Made by a program: the position numbers and the translations under genes. DNA of 64,000 bases from a virus, in IMG/VR virus record IMGVR_UViG_3300025073_000048, positions 5,403 to 69,402 of that record, one strand, 5' to 3'. Of the stretch, positions 10,390 to 20,896 are shown piece after piece (positions within the stretch are counted from its first letter, which is position 1; every line of letters begins with the position of its first letter). The notes below the pieces were generated by a model. That model saw nothing but the letters and a program-made list of their open reading frames with translations, ran no database searches and was not told the DNA's origin.

Positions 10390-11696
10390 TAACCAAGCTC
10401 CACGGCTACGTGGCTAATCAACTGCCGATTCGCCAGCGTCGGACCTACGAGATTGAGCGTATTGGATTCTGGAGACCCTGCTCGTGTGTTGGCGGAGTAG
10501 AAGTCGTAGAGCACCTGGGCCAGCGGAACACGCTGCGGAGTCGCCAGAACACCACTTGTGCGAATCTCAGCGATTTGATGCACGTACTGTCTGCGTCCTG
10601 CGACCCATTCCCTTGCGTACCAGAACGCGAACAGCCTACAGCCTGGAACTGCTTGGAACCGAGCGAACTGAAGATCGCAACCGGGCTGGGCCTCGTCGTA
10701 TCGCTTAAGAGTCTGCCGATGCACGACCGCTCCGTCACGCACGATTGCGTACTTCAGTTCGTACGATTGCAGTTCTCCCGGAAAGAACTTGTCTCGTAAC
10801 CGTTCATCAATGGCCCGCTCGACCCATAGTAGATGTACGCGACCATCCGACGCGACGTGCATGTCGCAGGGTGTGATCCAACCGCAGGTGGTTTCACGGC
10901 TCGCAATCTCGATCCACTCAGTAAACGGTTGCTGGCTGACATTTGGAGTCCAGACGTAGAACAAACGGCGGAAATCGTAGTCCCACTCCTGCCCGGTCAA
11001 TTGCCGCTTGTACTCACGCCATTTCGTGTTCGGCTCGACGATGGAACTGACACCACAGAAATGCACGGCACGCCCACGTAGGGCCACATTCGGGTAGCAG
11101 ATACGAATCGGCTGCGGCTTTTCGTACTCGCGACCGAATGGGAACTTGAGAATGCCAGACGACCACTGGCCATGCGTGTCTCGGAATGCCCAATACGTTG
11201 CGTCCATGCCGAACTGATTGAACATCACCAGTTCGCGTGTGGCAGCATCCACGGCGAGCGACCGATACGAATGATCGAACCACTTCGGCGAGCCACTCCA
11301 CACCGGCAGGTGCTTGCGTGGCGTGGAGGATGGATTGCGTGCATCGAATTCCAGCAGACAGGGTTCTGTTGGAACGTCACCGACTCGCGGATCTCCGATG
11401 ATCGGATTGCAGGACATCCACAACGTGCCATCCGACATCGCTGCCAGCGGCGACGGCTCGCGGGTGTATCCTGATGGGTCCGCGTTGACACGTACCCACT
11501 CGCCGTTGAGGTATTGGTGCAGAGTCCATCGGCAGTTTGACTTACCCGGAACCTGGAGCGTTTCCATACCGCTCATAAACAGGCTCTCGCCGCACTGCAC
11601 CAGACATGTACCGCCACGCGCCCACATCGGACCTGCACCGTTGGCAGGGTCGGTGTAACTGAACACAGGGCACTCGGCGGCCACTCGCACTGTCAT
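10389..11696 (-). CDS. Putative beta-propeller (BNR/sialidase-like) protein
   Basis: 435 aa W/P-rich with repeated beta-blade patterns (YPNVALRGRAVHF, DMHVASDGRVHLLW). Confidence 0.45.
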   Translation of the reverse strand: MTVRVAAECPVFSYTDPANGAGPMWARGGTCLVQCGESLFMSGMETLQVPGKSNCRWTLHQYLNGEWVRVNADPSGYTREPSPLAAMSDGTLWMSCNPIIGDPRVGDVPTEPCLLEFDARNPSSTPRKHLPVWSGSPKWFDHSYRSLAVDAATRELVMFNQFGMDATYWAFRDTHGQWSSGILKFPFGREYEKPQPIRICYPNVALRGRAVHFCGVSSIVEPNTKWREYKRQLTGQEWDYDFRRLFYVWTPNVSQQPFTEWIEIASRETTCGWITPCDMHVASDGRVHLLWVERAIDERLRDKFFPGELQSYELKYAIVRDGAVVHRQTLKRYDEAQPGCDLQFARFQAVPGCRLFAFWYAREWVAGRRQYVHQIAEIRTSGVLATPQRVPLAQVLYDFYSANTRAGSPESNTLNLVGPTLANRQLISHVAVELG

Positions 11697-11739
11697 CTGA
11701 AACTACGCCTCCCCGATGATGCGTTCGATCTCGGACACG

Positions 11740-12258
11740 TTACGCCGTCTCTTCCAGTTTCTTCTTAATCGCATCACAGTGCGGACCAATCTCGGCCGCC
11801 ACGGACGGAAACTGCGTTGACAATTGCTGTGCCACCTTCCGACACATCTCACAATTGGAAAGGGCAACTGCCTTTAGTTGCGACACCCCATGTGCCGTGG
11901 CGATCAGCAATTGCGTGCGCCCCGTCAACGTGTGGTCGATGCTGGAAAGGCTCTTGTTTCCTTCGGCTGCTAATGACGCTGCGACGGAGGCTTGGTCCCG
12001 TGCCGTGATGCCAATCTTGACCGTTTCGTCGATCATCGTTGCCATTTGTCCGAGACTGGCAATGTGCGATTCACAGGTCTCTATTTGCTTCGCTTGGGTA
12101 ACTTGCAGTACATCATGCAGTTTCTCGGTACTGGAGATATACCGTTCTCCCCAAGGCAGAATCTTGTACCAGACGACCAACGCAACAGCGACCGCAAACG
12201 CGCCCAGTACACCTTTGTCAAAGAAAAAACCGACCCAGTCCGTAGTAGTGTCCGGCAT
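11740..12258 (-). CDS. Membrane-anchored coiled-coil protein (holin/antiholin-like)
   Basis: N-terminal TM GVLGAFAVAVALVVW. Confidence 0.5.
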   Translation of the reverse strand: MPDTTTDWVGFFFDKGVLGAFAVAVALVVWYKILPWGERYISSTEKLHDVLQVTQAKQIETCESHIASLGQMATMIDETVKIGITARDQASVAASLAAEGNKSLSSIDHTLTGRTQLLIATAHGVSQLKAVALSNCEMCRKVAQQLSTQFPSVAAEIGPHCDAIKKKLEETA

Positions 12259-12288
12259 AGTTATGCCCGTTCTAGCGGCGAAGCCACA

Positions 12289-12507
12289 TCACATGAGTTG
12301 AGCGAGGAACTTGATTGCGATCACCCAGATGAACACACAGAGCACAATCCACCCGATTGTCACTATGAAGCCGGGGATCACAATGCCCGCTTGTTTCGCC
12401 ACCACCATCGCTACGCCGATAATACCGGCAATCACGATGGCGATGATGATCCACTGCACAAGGCCGAGTGCACCGAAGTTCACTACGGCTAAAAGTAGTT
12501 CGTTCAT
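12289..12507 (-). CDS. Small two-TM membrane protein (holin candidate)
   Basis: 72 aa, two long hydrophobic segments. Confidence 0.55.
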   Translation of the reverse strand: MNELLLAVVNFGALGLVQWIIIAIVIAGIIGVAMVVAKQAGIVIPGFIVTIGWIVLCVFIWVIAIKFLAQLM

Positions 12508-12827
12508 CCTGTCACCTGCGCGCCGAGCAGTGCGTCGAGTATCGCCGTGATGGCTGTGTAGCCAGCTTCCCGAGTGGCACTGTCAATCGCACCCTCGATG
12601 ATGGCTGGCACGCCGGGGATGTCCATCTGCACCAGAGCGTCAATCGCTTCGCGCGCCGCTTCCTCAATCTGCGGCCGGTACTCACGCCCAAGCTCGATGG
12701 CCTTGTCCATTACCACGTCGATGATTTCGCGCAGGCTTAACCCCCACACGACAAGCGGAGTGTCGTCCGCTGCGAAGGTTGGCGCCGAAGCTGCCAACAC
12801 CATTGCTGATTTCAGTTCCGCTAACAT
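12504..12827 (-). CDS. Hypothetical protein
   Basis: 107 aa, coupled to neighbour, SD upstream. Confidence 0.55.
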   Translation of the reverse strand: MLAELKSAMVLAASAPTFAADDTPLVVWGLSLREIIDVVMDKAIELGREYRPQIEEAAREAIDALVQMDIPGVPAIIEGAIDSATREAGYTAITAILDALLGAQVTG

Positions 12828-12883
12828 CAGTTCACCTCATCATTTCGATGCGATACGACGTTGCCTCCATGCAGTAGTGAGCG

Positions 12884-13201
12884 TCATCCCTTGCGATGCA
12901 ACGCGACTTCCGTTTCCGTTCCAACGAGCTTCATCCATTTCGCTCCGTACATGGAAGAGGGGAGCATCCACACACCAGCAGCGGACGCCACGATCTGAAT
13001 CGCAACTCCATCCTCGTCGTACATCTGCTTGAAGGTGCGACCGACTGGGTTTTCGTAGTTGCACCCATATAGCGCCATCGTGAGCGCTGCTCCGACTTCA
13101 ACAGATCCACCTGCCCACACGCTGCAGTCGAGGATCTTCGCATCACCTTCCGCATCGACGGTGTAAAGATCAAATGTCGAATCACGGCTGATCGTGTTCA
13201 T
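12884..13201 (-). CDS. Hypothetical (possible virion) protein
   Basis: 105 aa in late operon. Confidence 0.5.
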   Translation of the reverse strand: MNTISRDSTFDLYTVDAEGDAKILDCSVWAGGSVEVGAALTMALYGCNYENPVGRTFKQMYDEDGVAIQIVASAAGVWMLPSSMYGAKWMKLVGTETEVALHRKG

Positions 13202-13211
13202 GTCACGCTTC

Positions 13212-13889
13212 TCACTTGGTTGGTCCGTACTTCGCGACAGCCATGTCTCGCAGTTCTTTCCGTGACTTCTGTTTCAGGGCTGGGTTGTGACGGACCATAT
13301 TGGCGATCGATCGATTCACAAGGTCTGGCGCGAGTGGCACGGCGGCTTCGAAGGGATCGCGTTCCGGTTCCCTCGCCTTCACCTCCACCGCACCCTCCAC
13401 GGCCCACCCTCTCTTTTCGCACAACCTCCGAATGTATGTCCTCCCCATCGACCGCGTGACGAACGCTTCCGGGTCCCCTTGAAAGCGTGCGAGTCCCGAG
13501 TGATAGACCGCGTCGGCGGGAGGCGTGAATCCTCTGCGCTTCGCAGCGCTCACCACCTGATGCAGGCAGGTCGGTGACATTTGATCGGCGAGTCGCGGCA
13601 TCCCTGCGAAAAACACATCATCCGTCATGCAGCGCGGAGGACGCTGCATTGCAACCATCTCCGCGAAGCGGTGATTCGCACCATTCCTGCGCGCAAGCGA
13701 GTAGATCGCCCCACGTGTCGCGCCAAACGATGTCAGCACTGACACGTGCCTTTCGATCTCGGTTCCCTCCGCGTCCGGGTAATCGCTGACGAGTTCCTCC
13801 GCGTCAGGCGGCGCGACGATCAGGTCTGCGTTGGATCGCCACTCCGGGTGTTCGTCGAACCATCTGTCAAGTACGTCTGTCATGGTCAC
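13212..13889 (-). CDS. Hypothetical protein
   Basis: 225 aa overlapping portal stop. Confidence 0.6.
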   Translation of the reverse strand: MTMTDVLDRWFDEHPEWRSNADLIVAPPDAEELVSDYPDAEGTEIERHVSVLTSFGATRGAIYSLARRNGANHRFAEMVAMQRPPRCMTDDVFFAGMPRLADQMSPTCLHQVVSAAKRRGFTPPADAVYHSGLARFQGDPEAFVTRSMGRTYIRRLCEKRGWAVEGAVEVKAREPERDPFEAAVPLAPDLVNRSIANMVRHNPALKQKSRKELRDMAVAKYGPTK

Positions 13890-16120
13890 GCCTTACGGGG
13901 TTTCGGTTTAGCTGCAGGCTTGGATGCTGGCTTGGCTTTTGCCTGTGCCTGTGCCAGTTTCATTTTGAGCTGACCCATTTGCGCCTGTTGAGTCATGTCG
14001 AGCTGGAACTTTTGGCGATCTTGAACCATGTCCATAACGTGGCGCGCCTGTTCTTGCGCCAGGTTGGCGGCAGCCGATTCGGCATCCATGTCCATCACCT
14101 GCTGCTGCGTCTGGATCTTTAGTCCAGCCTCGGCCTGCTTTGCCTGCATGTCCATTTGCTTGGACTGAAGGTCGATCTTCTTGACTTCCATGTCCGCCTG
14201 GAGTTTCTGCATCTCCATCTGCATTTTCTGCTGTTCGATCGCCTGAGCCGCTTGGTCTCCCTCAATGGGTTCCAGCATCGCTCCGTCCATATCATCATCA
14301 TGGAGCAAGGCCCACTTTTTCATCAGGTAATTGAAGCTCGCGTAGTTGCCAGTCTGTTGGCCGTAGGCTTGGGACACCGGAGCAAAATACTGGAGCGCCT
14401 GCGTGTAGTTGGCGATGTCACGGTCCCGATTCGGGCGCCGAATGCTGCTCGCCTCGATCGTGTACTGCATCTGGCGCACGACGCGCTCCACGTCGGTGGA
14501 CATGATGTGCCGTTCCCAAAGGTAACGACCCACCGGGCCCAACAGACCTTCCACGCTGTTCCCATCCACAAACCAACGTGTGACGAATCCTTCCGTAGCC
14601 GCGAGTCGGGACTGATGTTCGACGACCTTTTTCTGCATGTGCTCAGGCCGCACACCAACCGCGCGCTGCTTGGCCATCGTCTCTTCGGCGGTGCGATTCT
14701 GCGTGCCGTTCTCGTTGCGGCCATAGGCGAACTCGGTCAGGCCTACACGCTTGTCGAACATTTCCGAGACGAGTTCCACGATGCGCCACAGGTCCGCTCG
14801 TGTTTCCGGCTGCGTAATGAGTTGCACGACCTTGCGCACGTCATCCACCTGTACCGGCGTGGGGATGATCGTCTGATCCATCCCTTCCAATAGGTACTTG
14901 CGATAGTGCTCAAAGTGCGGCCCGGATACAGCCCAGAAATCGCGGCTGCTGGTCCAGATCCGGTTGGCGATCCAGGGCACGAGGAAGTTGAGGAACTTCA
15001 ATTCGCCAAGCCCTGGTGACAGCGGAGGGATCGGCCACGCATGATCCGGGTCGGGATAGAAATCAAGCACCTCGCAAGGCCAGCGATCATCAGCCCACAA
15101 CGGCACGGGCCACGAGAACGACTCTTTCACGTCCTGATCGTTGGCCTTCTTCAAAAACTCGCCTGAGCAATTTAGCGGGTACGGAACGGCCGGTGCGATC
15201 GCGAGGTAGGCATAATCGCCGACCACATCCTCCAAGTGTTCCTTGATGGCCGTGTCCATGCCGGTCAGTCGCGCGCCGGGCCCCGTCTTGGACCAGATCT
15301 CATACCAGACGAGCATGTCGTTTGTGGTGCCCGCCACGCGGTGCATCTGCGCGTCCTGATCGCCTCGTGACTCGCCATAAGACCAGGCGCTTTCCAGGCT
15401 CGCTTTTCCCTTGAGGGAATTGGCCTCCAGTTTGAACCTGCGTTCCACGACCCAGTGTGGATCTACGTGGCGCAGGGCAATCCATTTCGCTTCGTCGATC
15501 GACTTGTAGTCGGGGTCCGTCAGGAGGTTCTCGGGGATCTCGCGAAAACACCCGGTGAGCGTCTTGCCAGACGATGGGAACTGATACGGGCGCGTGAACA
15601 TGACGCCCCGCCCTTTGATCAGGGCATCGACAATCGCCAGTTCACTCTGCCCGGCAAGGCCACCTCCCGGCTGTTCGCGCGGCGTGTAGTTCAGCCACGT
15701 CCCCATGAGGTAGGACACCACGCGGTCCTCGGCCTCTTCGTACTGCTGCCGTTGGATCAGCGACTGGTAGACCATCTGCGCTTGCTGATCGCTCTGGAAC
15801 AGCTCCTGGGGGATATCCAGGGCTTTCTTTGCAGCTACGTTGCGGTGAGGGCATTCCCAAAACAGGTTCGGGCCGAACACCGCTACCAGTTCGAACGCCT
15901 TATTGATGGTGATCCTGAACTTGGGCGCTTTAACGTTCTGCCACATCTTCCGCGTGTAGGACTGATCCCACATGGCAGCGGCAGATTTCGAGTAGAACAA
16001 CATACACTCATCACTCAGCTCTTTCCAACGCTTGCGCGACTCGGCAGCCTTTTCGAGCTTGCCGGTCCAGCCGCTGACAAGCGGTCTCAAGAACTCCCAG
16101 TGTGCATTGCTCAGGTCCAT
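13886..16120 (-). CDS. Portal protein
   Basis: 744 aa near TerL; DALIKGRGV, RTAEE motifs and Q-rich C-terminal coiled coil (P22-like barrel). Confidence 0.8.
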   Translation of the reverse strand: MDLSNAHWEFLRPLVSGWTGKLEKAAESRKRWKELSDECMLFYSKSAAAMWDQSYTRKMWQNVKAPKFRITINKAFELVAVFGPNLFWECPHRNVAAKKALDIPQELFQSDQQAQMVYQSLIQRQQYEEAEDRVVSYLMGTWLNYTPREQPGGGLAGQSELAIVDALIKGRGVMFTRPYQFPSSGKTLTGCFREIPENLLTDPDYKSIDEAKWIALRHVDPHWVVERRFKLEANSLKGKASLESAWSYGESRGDQDAQMHRVAGTTNDMLVWYEIWSKTGPGARLTGMDTAIKEHLEDVVGDYAYLAIAPAVPYPLNCSGEFLKKANDQDVKESFSWPVPLWADDRWPCEVLDFYPDPDHAWPIPPLSPGLGELKFLNFLVPWIANRIWTSSRDFWAVSGPHFEHYRKYLLEGMDQTIIPTPVQVDDVRKVVQLITQPETRADLWRIVELVSEMFDKRVGLTEFAYGRNENGTQNRTAEETMAKQRAVGVRPEHMQKKVVEHQSRLAATEGFVTRWFVDGNSVEGLLGPVGRYLWERHIMSTDVERVVRQMQYTIEASSIRRPNRDRDIANYTQALQYFAPVSQAYGQQTGNYASFNYLMKKWALLHDDDMDGAMLEPIEGDQAAQAIEQQKMQMEMQKLQADMEVKKIDLQSKQMDMQAKQAEAGLKIQTQQQVMDMDAESAAANLAQEQARHVMDMVQDRQKFQLDMTQQAQMGQLKMKLAQAQAKAKPASKPAAKPKPRKA

Positions 16121-16151
16121 GAATCACCTCGTGCGCGACGATCGGCACATC

Positions 16152-16562
16152 TCACTTTTTGGCAGGCGCTGCCTGCGTCGTGTCCTGTTCCTTCAACGCT
16201 TGCAGCAAAGGCGCTTCGCGCCGTTCCAGTTCCTTCAGGTGCAGATCGCGATGCGACTTGAGGGCTGGCTGGCCTGGGATGTAATCCCACGCTCCGTTTT
16301 TCATCGTGACCGTGTTGTGCTTGTTGCGGTGCAGCTCGTGACTGCGGTGCAACACTCCGTCCTTGTGAACGATGTGCGCGTTCGGCTTAAGGATGGCGAG
16401 CTTGACCTTTCCGGGGCCCTCGTGCATCGTCACACACGCCGCGTACACGCGATCATCCTCGTTTCGATCAAACCACTGCACCCACGTTCCGACCGGGGGT
16501 GTCGGAAGGGGCGTTTCTTTCAACTGCTTGATCTGGTCGAGTTGTTCTCGAACAGTGCTCAT
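16152..16562 (-). CDS. Hypothetical protein
   Basis: 136 aa between TerL and portal. Confidence 0.55.
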   Translation of the reverse strand: MSTVREQLDQIKQLKETPLPTPPVGTWVQWFDRNEDDRVYAACVTMHEGPGKVKLAILKPNAHIVHKDGVLHRSHELHRNKHNTVTMKNGAWDYIPGQPALKSHRDLHLKELERREAPLLQALKEQDTTQAAPAKK

Positions 16563-16592
16563 GGGTAACTCCTGGTGATGAAAACTACGCGG

Positions 16593-18374
16593 TTATGCTG
16601 CCGCGCCGGGGCCTAAATGGACGTACTCTCCGTGGGACTTCTCGTTGTACTTCTTGAGAATCTGCATCGCACGCTTGTACGCGGGACTGCCGTGTCCGCG
16701 ATACACGCTTGGATCGACGAAGGCGGTGCCTGTCGCAAAGGCTGTCTCAACGAACGCCACGAGATACTCGAGCGCAGCCATCGCGTCATGCTTTCGCGGG
16801 TTGGCGGGTTCATCCATGATGGTTTCCTCGCCTCCTACGAACAGTTGCTTCTTGCGGTACGTGTTGAACTCACGCTGCGTGATGACCGTCTTGTTCTCCA
16901 CGAACAGCAGCGACGGGAACCCACTCTTACCCGGTTCCAGCATGGTCCGCACGGCGCGATACCGATTGGCGGGCACGTTGCAGCCGGGAATGAATCCGTT
17001 CGGGCACAGTCGCGCTCGAAGCCCCCTTGTCGCGAACGACTCGGCGTACTTCGAAAAGATGGTCTTATCCTCTCCGACACGTGTTTGCCGCCCGATCTGC
17101 TGGTCCATGATGAAGGCTTCGTAGTTGTAGCCCTCCAAGATCTTGACGAGATCCGTCGCGAGCATGTCCGAGCTGTATTTCTTCACGATCAGTTCGCGTT
17201 CGACGATCAGCAAATCACCGAACTTGATGTCTTCCAGCTCTGGTGGCGGCACGACTCCAAAGCAACAAGCGGTTCGTGTGTGCGAGGGGTCGATCGCCAA
17301 GTACCGCGTCCAGTGTCGCGGAAACGCACCGTCCTTGGTCAGGATCGCCTGCAGGTAGTCGATCACGTTGTCGATCGAGTCGGGCGTCTCTCCAGGCTCA
17401 AACACGCGCAGAGCGTGCTGGGCCGGGATGAAGTCGTACATGTTCAGCGTGTCCAGCAGCAACTCGCCCCGATCGCGGCGCGCAATTTCCTCATCCGATC
17501 CCATGCGCCCGAGGGCTCGCTTCTTGGCGCTTTTGTGCAGGTAGGGGTTCTCGGACATGATGAGTTGGAACGACGCGATATCGGGCTTGGGCTCGTCAAT
17601 CTGTTCCTCGGCCCGATCCAGCATGTCGCACAGCGCGTAGTTCTTGCTATGCGGCCACACGGACCACATCAGCCAACCATCCTTATCCGTGAGGCGGTCC
17701 TGCCATTCCTTGAGGTGCCCTGGGAGCTGAATGTCTTCGTCGATCCAGATCCCCGCGACGGCATCGCCCTGCTTCGGATGCTTCGCTGAGCTGGGGTACG
17801 CGCAGATCTTGGCGCCGTTCTTCAGGTACACCGCCGAAAAGTTGTAGGCGCCCTTGTTCTCCCACGTCCAGCCATTGACGCCTTGTGTCGTGTCAATGAA
17901 CCGCTCAGGGATCATCGGGCCCGCCGGCTCGGATTCAGCAAACCGGGAGGCGTCAAAGTCGTCGGCGGGATTGTAGGTGCGCCAGATCCCGGTCATCTTG
18001 TCCTTGATGACTCGGAACAATCCAGGCTGGAAAAGTAGCCGGTACACGGTTTGACCGAGGTGATCTACGTCCCACCCTACCACCCAGAAGAGTAGGGGGT
18101 CTTTGGGGGTACTGACAGGATACTTGAGGGGGATAAAGTTGTTCGCTGGGTCCGTGACCGGGATGCCAAGGACGCGGGAAGCAAACTCAGCTACGACACC
18201 CACGCTTTTTCCGCTGCGTTTGCCCCCGCGTAGCACAAGCTCCCTCGCGTTCGACTGGTGGAACGGAAGCTGTTTGGCTGGTCGATAGACGCGCAACGCC
18301 TCCTTGGCGCGACGTTCTTCCTCGTCCGCCAGGGTAGCAAAGTCCGACAGTGGATCGCGACGGTCGAATGCCAT
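16593..18374 (-). CDS. terL: Terminase large subunit
   Basis: QLPFH adenine motif, Walker A GGKRSGKS, Walker B IWIDED, nuclease YLAIDP and HDAMAALEY. Confidence 0.9.
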   Translation of the reverse strand: MAFDRRDPLSDFATLADEEERRAKEALRVYRPAKQLPFHQSNARELVLRGGKRSGKSVGVVAEFASRVLGIPVTDPANNFIPLKYPVSTPKDPLLFWVVGWDVDHLGQTVYRLLFQPGLFRVIKDKMTGIWRTYNPADDFDASRFAESEPAGPMIPERFIDTTQGVNGWTWENKGAYNFSAVYLKNGAKICAYPSSAKHPKQGDAVAGIWIDEDIQLPGHLKEWQDRLTDKDGWLMWSVWPHSKNYALCDMLDRAEEQIDEPKPDIASFQLIMSENPYLHKSAKKRALGRMGSDEEIARRDRGELLLDTLNMYDFIPAQHALRVFEPGETPDSIDNVIDYLQAILTKDGAFPRHWTRYLAIDPSHTRTACCFGVVPPPELEDIKFGDLLIVERELIVKKYSSDMLATDLVKILEGYNYEAFIMDQQIGRQTRVGEDKTIFSKYAESFATRGLRARLCPNGFIPGCNVPANRYRAVRTMLEPGKSGFPSLLFVENKTVITQREFNTYRKKQLFVGGEETIMDEPANPRKHDAMAALEYLVAFVETAFATGTAFVDPSVYRGHGSPAYKRAMQILKKYNEKSHGEYVHLGPGAAA

Positions 18375-18391
18375 CAGTTCCTCTGTGAGCG

Positions 18392-19081
18392 CTATTGTTG
18401 TTGGTACGTCGGGATGCCAGGGATTTCACTCATGGAGATTCCGTTCGACCGAATCAGTTCCACCAGCAGTTGCCTGCGATGCGGATCTCCTGCCGCATCA
18501 CTCAGCATCTGCATGAGGGCCAACTCCTTCTTGACCCTCAGTTGCTCATCGGACAGGTCCAGTACGTTCTCCTGATGCTGGAGCTTGTTCGTATCCATGA
18601 CCAATTTCGCGATGCTGCGGAAATGGTCCATGTTGGTCTTGCTGCCAGGGTTCTTGTCGCAGGCAACACGAAGTTGGTCCGCCCATTCCTTGACAAAGAT
18701 CCGCATTCCGCCGAAGTCGTACATTAGTTCTGCGAGGAAGCTTTCGATGTGCTCCAGCGGCTGCCGTCCTGCTGCAGTCGCCACCAGTGATTTCGAAAAG
18801 TCCACGCATAGGTTTGCCTTCAAGTCATTCAGTTCGCGTTGGGCTTCACCCGATCGACACTTGGCACACAGCGGGTCTGTGAGCGTGTCAAACTGATCGA
18901 ACGGGAGCCAGAGGTGGCAGCGCGAGCATTCCACTCGCCCTTTGTCTCGCACGTCGGGAATGGGAAACGCGACCTTTTCATGCGCTCTCGCCTCCGGGTC
19001 GTACTTGATCTTGGCGGGAGGGATGTCTGGCGCTTCAGGCGTCTGCGGTGGCAGCGACTGGTCCATTGTCCTGTCCCTCAC
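18392..19081 (-). CDS. Zn-finger protein, terminase small subunit candidate
   Basis: CxxC...CxxC then helical body; directly upstream of terL. Confidence 0.45.
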   Translation of the reverse strand: MRDRTMDQSLPPQTPEAPDIPPAKIKYDPEARAHEKVAFPIPDVRDKGRVECSRCHLWLPFDQFDTLTDPLCAKCRSGEAQRELNDLKANLCVDFSKSLVATAAGRQPLEHIESFLAELMYDFGGMRIFVKEWADQLRVACDKNPGSKTNMDHFRSIAKLVMDTNKLQHQENVLDLSDEQLRVKKELALMQMLSDAAGDPHRRQLLVELIRSNGISMSEIPGIPTYQQQ

Positions 19082-20843
19082 TTGTCTTGGATCGCTTCCT
19101 GTTCTTTTTCTCGACCTTTTTCTTCCCTGCCAAGTAATCGGACTTCAGCATCATCCACACACAGGACCCATTGACGACCACGGGGGACATTCCGGCTTCG
19201 GCGCAGAACTCCGTGACGGCCTGCACGACTCCAGGAAATTCCACGCAATAGTCATGGCCGCAGAGAACACCGTTGTTCGCGACGTGTGGCATCCACGCGA
19301 TCAGGTCTGCGCTGATCGAGTCGTAGTCATGCCCGGCGTCCAGGAACACGATGTCCACTTCCTGCGGTTCCATCGAGTTGGCCACGTCAACGCTGTAGCC
19401 TTTGAGGACCTTAATGTCCTCGTTCAGCAGGTGGCCGATGTTTTCTTTGAACGTCTCAAACAGGTTGTCGTAACCGTACTGTTCGGCCCACGCTCCGGTC
19501 ATGTCGGTCGGCGTGCCTTCCCACGTGTCGATGCACCAGATCGTTCCACCCGCTTTGCCGAGTCCGTTGTGCAACGCGATCGTCGATTCACCGACCCACG
19601 AACCGACCTCCACAATGCGCAGTGGCTGGTTGGGGCGGGTCTCCGCGACCAGGGCGACGATTTCCGTCAGAGCGTTGAGATCCAGCGGGGGAGTCATGTT
19701 CGCCACAGATTTCACGGTCCGCGCCCCGATCATCCGTTTAATGATTGGGAAGGCGAACTTCTTGTCGGTCGCCACCTCGGAGGCCGTCTCCGCAGGGATC
19801 GCTTCCTCCTTGTTGATGTCTTCCAAAATCTGCTGGATCTCGGGCGGCAGCTCCTCGTCTTCCTGGAGTGCCGGAAACGGATGCGTGTCTTGGAGCACGT
19901 CGGTGTAGTCGATCTCGTGCATTTCATCGCCGATCGACTTGGCCTGTTCAACTGCCTCCATGTAATGCTCGTTGATTTGCTCCACGTAAATCTGCTCGGG
20001 CATCCCCACGCACTTCGGCTTGTAGTGCCCGGCCCACGCATCCCAGTTGCAGAACACGACCGGCTGCCGGTGCTTTACGAGCCCAGCCAGTTGGATTTCG
20101 CGCGTGTTCGTCACATCCTCAGTGGACGCCTTCTGAGTCTGCTCTCCGTTGGTGTACTCGTAGAAGAACCACGACTGCAGATTCAGCAATCGTTTGGCGC
20201 GATCGAGCGTGAGCTTTCCCTCCTTGAACTCACGAAGGATCTCTTCCTGCGTTTTCTGGTGCACTGGCATCAGGTCGAATGCGTCGGTCGAGTACATGAT
20301 GCAACCGGTGGGTCCCGCCGCGATCGACTGAATACCGCGCATCTGCGCCGCGTGCTCGCGCGAATACGCCTGATACGTGATCTGCGGTCGATCGTTGTCG
20401 GATTCGTTCGCCTCGCCGTGGAACACGTAGACGTTCTCGAATCCACCCTTGGTCGGATGGGGAGGCGGTCCACAATAAGGCGCGGCAACCACGGTAGGCA
20501 GACCTTTGAGCTTGCGCTCGTACAGGAAGTCAAACGACGTATTCCAGAACGGCTTGGCCCACGGTTTGACGCCAAGGTACAGGTCGGGCACATTGTCCGA
20601 GTCAACCATCACGATCACGTCGCAGCCGAGATCCTTGGCGATGCGCACCGAGCGATTCCGTTCCATCGTCAGCGGAATGTCACCGAACTTCTTGACTTCG
20701 ATCCTGCCGATCCGCGAGTCTTTGGACATTTCCGCGATCGTCTTGGCGTACCAGAGGGTGATCTCGGGTAACTGCATGCCCACGGAGCCATTACCTCCAA
20801 AGGCGTACATGGCAAAAAAGACATCGAGTTTAAGTGGTGTCAT
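19035..20843 (-). CDS. Glycosyltransferase (GT-A) - class I SAM methyltransferase fusion
   Basis: N half ERN...VMVDSD (DxD); C half VEVGSWVGES, CIDTW, FLDAGHDY, LCGHDY (Methyltransf_24-like). Start moved to MTPLK. Confidence 0.8.
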   Translation of the reverse strand: MTPLKLDVFFAMYAFGGNGSVGMQLPEITLWYAKTIAEMSKDSRIGRIEVKKFGDIPLTMERNRSVRIAKDLGCDVIVMVDSDNVPDLYLGVKPWAKPFWNTSFDFLYERKLKGLPTVVAAPYCGPPPHPTKGGFENVYVFHGEANESDNDRPQITYQAYSREHAAQMRGIQSIAAGPTGCIMYSTDAFDLMPVHQKTQEEILREFKEGKLTLDRAKRLLNLQSWFFYEYTNGEQTQKASTEDVTNTREIQLAGLVKHRQPVVFCNWDAWAGHYKPKCVGMPEQIYVEQINEHYMEAVEQAKSIGDEMHEIDYTDVLQDTHPFPALQEDEELPPEIQQILEDINKEEAIPAETASEVATDKKFAFPIIKRMIGARTVKSVANMTPPLDLNALTEIVALVAETRPNQPLRIVEVGSWVGESTIALHNGLGKAGGTIWCIDTWEGTPTDMTGAWAEQYGYDNLFETFKENIGHLLNEDIKVLKGYSVDVANSMEPQEVDIVFLDAGHDYDSISADLIAWMPHVANNGVLCGHDYCVEFPGVVQAVTEFCAEAGMSPVVVNGSCVWMMLKSDYLAGKKKVEKKNRKRSKTSEGQDNGPVAATADA

Positions 20844-20896
20844 GTAGTTGTTCTCCACAACATCAAACGAACGGGGTTGAAAACAATCGGTCAGGC

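Noticed and set aside
18942-20771. Long antisense ORFs (also 7483-8415, 16617-17789, 23642-24715, 48061-49497)
   Set aside because: Shadow frames of well-supported minus-strand genes in GC-rich DNA.
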